Shown: positions 25,081-35,539 of the stretch, piece by piece
How positions within the stretch are numbered: the stretch's first letter is position 1
How the letters are laid out: each line of letters opens with the position of its first letter
NCBI GenBank assembly: GCA_032718475.1
Contig: JAUCBJ010006628.1
Span: 6,299 to 70,298 of the forward strand
DNA from: Nemertoderma westbladi
Taxonomy: Eukaryota > Animalia > Xenacoelomorpha
Length of the DNA stretch: 64,000 nucleotides
Direction: 5' to 3'
Program-made: the position numbers and the translations under genes
The notes under the pieces: model-generated
The model's database searches: none
What the model was told of the DNA's origin: nothing
What the model saw: only the letters and a program-made list of their open reading frames with translations

Positions 25081-28000
25081 GACGACTTTTATTTCTTTTA
25101 TTTGTCTTTATTTTATATTTATATATGTACGATTTATTATGCAATTTATATTATAATCATTTTATTTAATTTTAGTCAGTAGAATAATTTTTTAAACAAT
25201 TATTCAGTAAATTAGTGCAATACCTTACGTATTTTATATTAATTAGTGTTACAATACATATATTTTAGTTAACAACAGGAAAAAAGTTTCATTTTTTCAC
25301 CCTTCCTTACTGTCCGTATATTATTATAAATATATGATTACAGTAAGATGAAGTACTTATTAAAGTATAATTTACCTTGGTTCTACTGTACTTTAGGTAT
25401 AATTGGTAAAAGTAGAGTATTAGGAATGCAAAGTTCAGATCCTCATGTCTCGGCTAAACCAAGCTCTGGGTAGACCTTGGAAACGACTTGCCTCTTCTTA
25501 CTGACATTGCTTCTTGTGATATTGCTCTCATACCGTAGTCCTAAAATAATATGTATAGTAGGAGATGTCAATTTAACAGTAAATCTGCTAAAGTAAATCT
25601 GTTAAACCCTGTGACCATCTGAAATTATAGTCGATTAATATATCGTGGCACCCACCAATATAATTAAAAGACAAAATTTCTAGAATCAGTGGTTAACGTC
25701 CCCAGACATGTTCTGGGATAAATTGGTGCTCATCTTAATGTAAAATAATCATGGGAATAAATTTTAAATTCATATCCTCTAATGAATTAAATAAAATTGT
25801 CAACTTAAGACAATTATCAAAATATTCCCTATAATTAATCAATTAATAGATCACGGGAGCAGAGATTCACCCTATTACAAAAGTTGGAGAGAGCGCATTT
25901 AAATAGCCGACAAAATTAATAAACATCATATATAAAGGGAATAATAATAACCCTAGAGTCGCTAATTAGCATCCCAGATCTGCATGCATGAGAAATACCC
26001 TAATCTCTACTGCTAGCTTTACATAATGTCACCTTAGCAACAACAACTCCAGAAGTAAATACAGTAAGAGAACAATAGAAAGCTTGCCTCATTGAATAGA
26101 ATGCATAGTGTATAGTATCCAAGGATACTCAACAACAACGTGACATTCTGGAAGGCATTTGACTAACGGACAAATCGCCCCAAATTGTGCAAATTGTGAT
26201 ATGAATATGGAATTTGTGTATTTATAGGTGAATGTTGCTACTAAAGTGTGTTTACAGTAGCGAGCCACGAGTGATAATTATCTCTAGTATATTGGAGCCC
26301 TTGGGATGGACAGTGGAGTGACTCACACTGGTTATTGTTGTCGTTGTGTAGCTACTACATTGGCAAGAGGCACATCGACAACAGTACATCAGCAGCGCTG
26401 AGGATCTCAGGCTGTCCGGGTGCTGGTTCGGAGGCTGATATAGGCAGCGACGCCCACTAGCCTTTATTATTATCGATAAACTCCCACATATACAATGACT
26501 GAATTGATAGAGGAAGACATTAGTATTAAGGAGAAATATACACTACCTCTATAAGCGTTTCGCAATAGTTTGTTGAGCGGTAATGATAGTCAATCTCGAT
26601 AGCCGATGATAGATGTTACATCGAACCACTGATGACCGAGGAACAGCTTAAGCATGAATTGGATTATAGAAAATTCACCTCACGCTATACGCATCAAAAT
26701 GGTACGTATATGGATTTCCTAACTACTGGTCATCCTATCTATTTACATGATACTGATGATTTGGATATGGAAACAGAGTTGATTCTATTCAAATTTCATG
26801 CACAATAGAGTCGGAATGACAAGCTGCAGATCAAACATGAAAAATCTATTAGAAATCATCTCGAAAGAGAAATTGAAGAACTGAAAAGGGATATTGAATT
26901 TGGACATACGGAGCTGCTACAAGAGTTTTCGGGCAACCGGTTTCAGAGGCAGGAAGAGAGGAATCAGCTAGAGGAGAAACATATCATAATAAGGAAAGTC
27001 ATAAATGTATACAGTTTTCCCCAGGGTGCGGGTGCTCGAGGGCGGTCTCCTTTGGGAGGTTGTAACTTCCTCTTACATCATCCTCTTCCTCCAATCATTG
27101 TGACCATAGTCTCTGTAACGTTGTAGGAATGAGTAATGTGGCGAAAGGAAAAGATCCATCCGCTATAGTATCTTATTGATACTACCCTTCCATCGCCTTC
27201 TTCCATCATCCTCTCTCTCTCTGCCCAATGCAACCGGAAAAGGCGGAGCATTAAAAGAGAGAAAGAACCATCCATCACAGTATCTTTGAAACTGCCATGT
27301 CATATCCTTTTCCCTCTTCCATCTTCTCTACCCAGCGCACTTGGAGCTTCTGTAGAGAAATATCAACCAATCATAGCACTATTGTGGTGCTAGCACATCC
27401 TCTTCCATAAACCTCCCCACTCCCTTACTGTTTATCTGGATGCTTATATTGGCGTCCTTGAATTCCACCTAATTTATCACAGTAGTTGATATATCACATA
27501 GTTTATATTTTTCAGTATCACATCCTTGTCCTCCTTCCGTTGATTGGATAATAAACTTCCTCATAATAACCTTCAAACTTCCTCATGGTCTGGCCATTGC
27601 CCAAGGACTGGATGTATGTAATAATCTTCTGTATAGCAACTAAAGCGAGCGTGTCCTTGGGCTGGTTGTTCCCACCCCCTTATCCTGGAACTAAACTCAC
27701 TAAATTAGATGAATATACGAATTCATCCGATTTGAATGTTTCAGGTGCTTTCTGACTCCATTTCGGAACATTGATAGTCAGTTAAAAGATCGTGCACTGA
27801 CCAAACTCAGCCTGCTCCACCGCTGAGAAATTAGATAGTGCTGGATTCGCTATCTTTAAAGATGTATACATACAAAATATGCATTCCACTGTTCTACAGA
27901 GACCCAAAATCCCAACCCAAAATCGGGATATTTGGTTATGGAAATCCAAACTGTACATCCTTCAAGAAGAATGACTACATCTATAGAAATCCTCCAGACC

Positions 28001-29426
28001 GAAGAGGAACTTGTCTGTTAGGAGGCAGATGAATTCCAACCAATGACCCGTCGGAGTAATGAAGATGATAACACGCTGGAGTAATATCAGGGACCTCAAT
28101 GTCTTACCGCCTACGGGTACAGACACGCCAACTACATTTCTTGGAAGCACTGCCGATTATATGCCTCTCATGATCACACTACTCCATTGGGCTCTGACAA
28201 ACGTTGTTCATATTTCAACGACCAACCTCTACTGGAGATATATTGTGCTTATTGTCGCATTAATAATAATCATATCTTGGCTGTCTACCCACAGTTTATG
28301 ACACAATGTCATTACTGCCAACTAAAGGGACACACTAGTTGGGATTGCCCTTTTAGCCCAGACATAGAAAGCGTAGATGAGTTAATTGTATTTCGTTCGA
28401 TACATACGAGCTTGGGAAGCTAGCGCAGATCTTCACTGCGAGTCGCGTCATCGTTATTATCCAGGATGCGCCTATGAGGGAATGTATGCATTTCACCCCT
28501 ATCTTTTTCCCCAAATCGAACAGAAAACTCGTATTCCCAGTTATGAATTAATTGTTGGTGAGTGCAACTAACGTTGGTGAGTGTATTTCCACCAAATATG
28601 TCAGAAAATATTTGAGAAATATTAACCCAAATAATCTTGACTCTTACAACTTGATCAGTTTCATTAGCCGAGATCTGGAATACAGTGAGACATTTACAAA
28701 TGCGCACCCTGAATTGCAAGAAGTCCACCGACGTTCCTATGAGTACAATGAAAGGGAACGGGAACGGGAACGGCAGTCGTGCAAACATCTAAAGCAGGAC
28801 CAGTACAAGCTGCTGTCCTGAGACGGGCCTTGAAGGTTGTGCGCCCTAGACCCCTTCAGTAGTGTGGGCCTTATTTGACTTTTTTCGAATTCCGACTTCT
28901 AATAGTGAAAAAAAGTTGTGGACCAATGAAATAAGACTCTAGTACAAAAAAAATTAAAAAAAAATTTCATCTTTAGGTTCCCCCAGCTCCTTCAAATTTC
29001 AAAAATTTCCAAAATTTCGAAAAAAATCACAATGTTAAAAAATTAAATTTTCCGACTTCTAATAGTGAAAAAAAGTTGTGGACCAATGAAATAAGACTCT
29101 AGTACAAAAGAAATTAAAAAAAAAATGTCTTCTTTAGGTTCCCCCAGCTCCTTCAAATTCCAAAATTTCGAAAAAATTCACAATGTTAAATAATTAAATT
29201 GTATTTCTTGTAATACTGTAATAGCTGTTAAAAGTGCTGCTGAAACACAAAATAAATTGTAACAATAAATTTGGACAATCAGTGAGTGTCTATGAGCTTC
29301 CCACAATGCTGTCAATGTTTAGCAAAATGTCAATTATTTCATAGATTAAAATCTATTTAGTTTAGCTAGGAAGCGATTGAGTTATCTGTTTAATTGTAGT
29401 GCAGGATCTTGATGACCATTCATCCT

Positions 29427-31808
29427 TTATAACACCTTAAAGTCAGATTTCTTGTTGAATTCTTTCATTGTTGCTCTCGCAACGTTTCTGGACCGGATAA
29501 ATCGGTCTCGCTCCTGGGGACCACAAACAGATGAAGAAGCTTCTGTGATGTGTTTCACACAGCGCTCAACCGCTTGTGTATGATATGGAAGTGATGAGAA
29601 CTTCTCCTTTGTAATGATATGGAGTTCTGATTCTGGAATATCTATGGTGAGAGGCGGGCGGCTCTGTCCGAAATTCGTTGCCCAAACTTGTCCAATGAAC
29701 AATTTCCGTGTAGTCCATTGCCGCAAAGTTGACTGGTGGAACAATAAACTCACGAATCCCAGATTTATGAGACACTTGTACTCTTCGAGCTTTGAGAATG
29801 CGATGGACAGCCAGTTCTTTAATATGAATTCGTTCATCGACAAGCATTGAAACTAATACATTTTCTGGATGACAGAAGTAGGCATTGCGTTGGACAGTAG
29901 CGTGAATCACATTCTTATAGTCTGTAGGAAGATAGGCTGAGTGTTGTATGATATTAAATATGTGCTTTGGTCCATCCAGAATCGAATTATTTGTCTTTAT
30001 ATGAAACCAGGTTGTTGCATAAACATTTATTACAAATGTTGCTAAGACAGAAAGGTTCTCATCTGTATTGATAGTAGTAGAAACATACATTACGTATGTA
30101 TTTCATATACATACGTATTCTATTGGCAGTGGTGACTGGTGAGCCACCTGGAGTGAACTACAGTAGTTTGCCTGGATTAGATTCAGACAATGCAGCAGAT
30201 ACTTGACCAGATAAAACAGATTTGCACATCTGCAAAAGGTATTTCTGATGAGAACTGAGATCCTTCGAATCAACCTCACTGAGTCTGTGTGAGATTAAAC
30301 CATTTTAATTTAAAGACCGAATTTATATCAAAAGTCTTAAAAATATTAACAAATGAGACAATTTGTTTACATTTAAACTTCACTTACTTTCTTTTATTTG
30401 TCTATAAATATTATTAATCAATATTAATAAAAAAAATCAGACATAATCCAGCCTATATGGTTTATTCTCACATTTGGAAGTCATTCTCATTGAACATTTC
30501 TATTGGAATATAATTTACAACAGGTTTCAACTGGCAATCTGCAAGAGCCCGCCCGATTGGTCCACTATAACTCTTGGGTCCAGTTGTGGGACCATCTATA
30601 AACTCAAATAAATGCCGTAGCAACAGCTCATTGCCATGCAGCAAACAAATTACCCATTGGAGAGGATGGTGTAGCCGCTCCTCGCAACACCGAATTGCTC
30701 CGTGAATGCGACCGGTGTTTACCGCAGTGCCATCGCACCCCAAAAGTTTCAAGTATTCCAGGCTAATATTTTCGCTGTTCAAGAATTCGATAATTGCATT
30801 ACAAGCGGATTGCCCAGTTTTGTCCTTTGGAGTAATATGGCCTAAATACTTGGAATGTGGTTCTTCAATCAAAGATATATGGTCCTCTTCAATCACCCTG
30901 CGTTTGCTGCCATCACTGACAAGAGTTTTATCATTTCTACCATCAAAATAGAGAGACCCCAGTGTGATGGAATCGGATTTCTGGTTCCAAGTTACAGATC
31001 TGCGAAAATGATCACTTTGAGTGCGAATTTTATTTCTAACAATAACGTTATCAGTTTGTCCTTTATGGATAATCCCATAGTCGCTCAAAACAGCAGATGA
31101 GAGTGCAGATGCAGCACGGCTAGAAATATTGTATCTGTCGCAAGCCATTGCAACATTAGGCAACTTAATCATTAAACGCTGCGGAGTTCCTCCTTCTGGA
31201 AAATAATCGGAATCCTCATTAAAAGAGTCTGGATCATCATTATTTATTATTATTGGTAAATCAGTATAATTGCCTAGGCCAGAGCTTGAAGGTTTTAGAT
31301 GTTGCCTTTCCATCTGAACCGATATACATAGCTCTATGAGAGCGTTGGTCAAGGATGAACTCGAGTTCTTTTACTGGAATTTTATGAATTTTTGGCACTT
31401 ACAGCTATTACCTGGATCTTTACATTTGCAGCTGCATATGTCAAAGAGACTCTCAGAATGTTTCTCAAAAACTGCAAGCTTTTCTCTATATGATGATTTC
31501 TCAAACGAATCTCTGTAATGTTTCATCAAGGTTTGATATTTCCCATAGTAGGATTTAATCAGCTGAACTACACGTGATACTGAAACAGTTGGTATGGATG
31601 CAGTTGCCCATATTGAAAGGACCTTATCGGCAACAGTTTGAGAACATTCACCAATTCCTGGGTCTTTAGAATTTCGCAGCAACTTAAGTTCATCTTTGAC
31701 CAATAAAAAGTATTTCATCACATTTTTGTGTGTCGGTAATACATTGGCTTTCAAATATTCAGGACGGCCGAATATGGGACGCTCAACAGTTATTGACCTC
31801 AATTCCAT
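29427..31808 (-). pseudogene. hATm transposase, with an intron at 30285-30471
   Basis: FDICSCKC, YFDGRNDKT, GCDGTAVNTG, LQWVICLLHGNEL, NAYFCHPEN, HTQAVERCVK.ITEAS; disrupted near 31370, 30090-30165 and 29680. Confidence 0.9.
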
Positions 31809-31852
31809 AATATTGATATCAAATTATAAATCACCATTAATTCACCAATAAG

Positions 31853-32841
31853 AGAATGTACTGTAAGAGCAGCAACATTCAATAGATCGGTAATCACCTG
31901 AGTGAATGTCCAATGTATGACAGTTGACTGGCCTAACTAAATTGCAAATTTATGCATTTTAAATTTCCCGCTATTACCGGTAATTACAATTTGAATTGTG
32001 TATTTGTGTAGTAAATAGAATGTACTGTAAGAGCAGCAACATTCAATAGATCGGTAATCACCTGAGTGAATGTCCAATGTATGACAGTTGACTGGCCTAA
32101 CTAAATTGCAAATTTATGCATTTTAAATTTCCCGCTATTACCGGTAATTACAATTTGAATTGTGTATTTGTGTAGTAAATAGAATGTACTGTAAGAGCAG
32201 CAACATTCAATAGATCGGTAATCACCTGAGTGAATGTCCAATGTATGACAGTTGACTGGCCTAACTAAATTGCAAATTTATGCATTTTAAATTTCCCGCT
32301 ATTACCGGTAATTACAATTTGAATTGTGTATTTGTGTAGTAAATAGAATGTACTGTAAGAGCAGCAACATTCAATAGATCGGTGGTAATCACCTGAGTGA
32401 ATGTCCAATGTATGACAGTTGACTGGCCTAACTAAATTGCAAATTTATGCATTTTAAATTTCCCGCTATTACCGGTAATTACAATTTGAATTGTGTATTT
32501 GTGTAGTAAATAGAATGTACTGTAAGAGCAGCAATATTCAATAGATCGGTAATCACCTGAGTGAATGTCCAATGTATGACAGTTGACTGGCCTAACTAAA
32601 TTGCAAATTTATGCATTTTAAATTTCCCGCTATTACCGGTAATTACAATTTGAATTGTGTATTTGTGTAGTAAATAGAATGTACTGTAAGACCAGCAACA
32701 TTCAATAGATCGGTAATCACCTGAGTGAATGTCCAATGTATGACAGTTGACTGGCCTAACTAAATTGCAAATTTATGCATTTTAAATTTCCCGCTATTAC
32801 CGGTAATTACAATTTGAATTGTGTATTTGTGTAGTAAATAG
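31853..32841. repeat. Six near-identical 164-bp tandem units
   Basis: AGAATGTACTGTAAGA starts at 31853, 32017, 32181, 32345, 32512 and 32676 (unit 4 has a 3-bp insertion). Confidence 0.97.
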
Positions 32842-33926
32842 TGTACCACAATTAAACAGATAACTCAATCGCTTCCTAGCTAAACTAAATAGATTTTAAT
32901 CTATGAAATAATTGACATTTTGCTAAACATTGACAGCATTGTGGGAAGCTCATAGACACTAACTGTTTGTCCAAATTTATTGTTACTATTTATTTCGTGT
33001 TTCAGCAACACGTTTAAAACGGCTATTATATTATTACAAGAAATAAAATTTAATTTTTTAACATTGTGAATTTTTTCGAAATTTTGGAATTTTTTTAAAT
33101 TTGAAGGAGCTGGGGGAACCTAAAGAAGAAATTTTTTTTTAATATCTTTTGTACTAGAGTCTTATTTCATTGGTCCACAACTTTTTTTCACGATTAGAAG
33201 TCGGAAAATTTAATTTTTTAACATTGTGATTTTTTTCGAAATTTTGGAAATTTTTGAAATTTGAAGGAGCTGGGGGAACCTAAAGATGAAATTTTTTTTT
33301 TAATATCTTTTGTACTAATTATTTCATTGGTCCACAACTTTTTTTCACTATTAGAAGTCGGAAAATTTAATTTTTTAACATTGTGATTTTTTTCGAAATT
33401 TTGGAAATTTTTGAAATTTGAAGGAGCTGGGGGAACCTAAAGATGAAATTTTTTTTTAATTTTTTTTGTACTAGAGTCTTATTTCATTGGTCCACAACTT
33501 TTTTTCACTATTAGAAGTCGGAATTCGAAAAAAAAGTCAAATAAGGCCCACCCTACCCTTCAGCCCTCCGATAAACGTATCGATATCGTAGTTCCACCAC
33601 AGGAAAGAAGTGGACCTCCTATGGATATTGATCAACCAGGTACCTCGACTGGCGGATACATCGACTGCAACCCAAACCCTTCTGACGCAATTGTATTGCA
33701 CCCTCCCTTCCCCAAGTAGTTATAGCCCTCCTAGTAAAGTGGCTTATGCCGTGGAGAAAAAGTCATTCTAGAAATGAGTTCTAGAAGGATTGATTGTTTA
33801 GAGTAGTAAATTATTAGATTATTATAAAATTACAATTATTATGGCTCTCCCTGTAACCTCACATTTCAAGCAATAAAGTAACATGTGAGGTATTGACCAA
33901 CACCATTTTGTGTCAAAAATTACACA

Positions 33927-35493
33927 ATGGCCTTTCTTTCTAGTGTTTTAATATACACATTGATAGTCCCTAAAATGTGACGCAGTCTTTGAAAAAAAAT
34001 GATCTGCAGAGGTATCCCTCTTCATACTCATTCATAATATTATTATTTCCGTTGCAGCTCACAATGTAATTTGTAATAAAACAACACAATTTCAATGTGG
34101 AGATAAATATGGAACATGTCTTAATAAAAGTTGGAAATGTGACAGAAAGGTCGATTGTCCAAATAAAGCCGATGAGAAGAATTGTAGTCATGGGGGATGC
34201 GCTTTTGGTGAATTTATGTGTTTGGGTGATTTCTCTTGTATTCCTGACAGCCAGCTGTGCCACAATGGCACTCAGTGTATGGATGAATCGGACGAAATGT
34301 ACTGTAATGCTGAAAAAACTTCTCTCCAACTGGCAGATTGTGACAACCCGACTGATTTCACCTGCCCCTTCCAAAGAGCACCTCCTTACCAAGATCGTTT
34401 CATACTTGTATGTTTTCCCCCAGATGTAGTTTGTGACACAAATTCAAATTGTGTTCAACGTAATGCTACTCTTGATGTTTATTACTCAGATGAGGACAAT
34501 TTTATTGGAAATTGCACAGGTTACACACCTTGCAGTAATAATACAGATTTTGCATGCCTCAACCACCAGGAATGCATACCTTATAACAAAGAAAATGATG
34601 GTCATGATGATTGCAGTGATGGTTCTGATGAGAATGGTGGGGTGACTACATTGGGTACATCTTGCGATGTATTGGAAGACACCTATCCTGAAGCTTATAG
34701 AAGGTGTGTAACTCTTATGGCAAGTCGGGCAGAAGCTTTGGAGACCCAAAGGCTGCAAGCTCAACAAGCATGTCTGAATGAGTTGTCAAAAGATGGATGT
34801 ACTGATTACAAGGATTTGGGTTTGTGTGGCTTACTAAACCCCGAAGGTATAGATTTGTTAAAATGCCGAGTGTATGAATCAAATGGCGTTTCAAAGGGTT
34901 TTCTTATGATTCAAAATCGGATGTTTCGATTCAAAAATTTTGATTTTGCTCAGGGTTGGAAGAGATATACACATGGATTTGGAAACGAAAGTAGTTATTG
35001 GTTAGGATTGAAAAATATTGCTGCCATTACGAAGTTAGCAAAGTCAGTGAATCGCACAGCTGTACTCAGAGTGTTTCTGGCACATGATGGTTGGGATGTA
35101 ACACACCAGACCGAATATACACTTACTTGTTCCAAATATAACAGCTTTCATGTTGTCGATTCGACCACTTTCATGGCCGAAGTAAGTGGTGGTGTTGAGA
35201 ATGGATGTGATATTAGTGTATTAGGTGTGCCTTTGGCTACTCATGCGCTTTTTATGCAGAATATCAATGGTAAACGTTTTTCTACATTTGATAATGACAA
35301 CGACGACCTTCATGATAGGAATTTAGTTGAGGAGTTCGGTGGTTCCAGTCCCGGGGGCTGGTGGTTTGGTTCATCTTTTGAGGGTAATCTCAATGGTGGA
35401 AAAAATATTAGTGATACGAATCAGGGCCAAGGTCTGACAACAGGACTTGATGGAACTCAATATGTCGTATCATTTATGTATGTTGATTTTTGA
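33927..35493 (+). CDS. Secreted protein with 4 LDL-receptor class A repeats, a helical/Cys linker and a fibrinogen-related domain (about 506 aa; exon 1 damaged as given)
   Basis: Hydrophobic MAFLSSVLIYTLIV start; 46-nt GT-AG intron 34012-34057; open frame 34058-35493 with F.C...C.....CD...DC...DE..C repeats and FReD motifs IQNR, DF...W..Y..GFG, YWLGL, FSTFDNDND, GGWWF, NLNG. Confidence 0.85.
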
Positions 35494-35539
35494 TGATGTG
35501 TTTTCTCTAGACATTTTATTTTATATGGAATAGGGTGTT

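Larger units (their letters stand above)
28860..33555 (-). mobile_element. hATm DNA transposon with long composite TIRs
   Basis: 8-bp TSD CCCTTCAG (28852-28859, 33556-33563); termini TAG(T/G)GTGGGCCTTATTTGAC; inverted homology of 28860-29398 to 32847-33555. Confidence 0.93.
26495..33719 (+). pseudogene. Unassigned decayed long ORF with coiled-coil and CCHC zinc knuckles; internal inversion; interrupted by hATm
   Basis: Coding-like tracts at 26495-27010, ~27020-27790 (minus strand), 27838-28859 and 33564-33719; CHYCQLKGHTSWDC at 28307-28348 preceded by CAYC...H; PMDID at 33618-33632. Confidence 0.55.

Noticed and set aside
31853-32841. CRISPR-like array
   Set aside because: Whole units are identical with no unique spacers, there are no cas genes, and the context is a eukaryotic transposon.
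33978-33992. Selenocysteine recoding of the two TGA codons
   Set aside because: They fall in the signal-peptide region, no SECIS-like stem is evident after 35493, and a two-indel correction gives a more natural leader.
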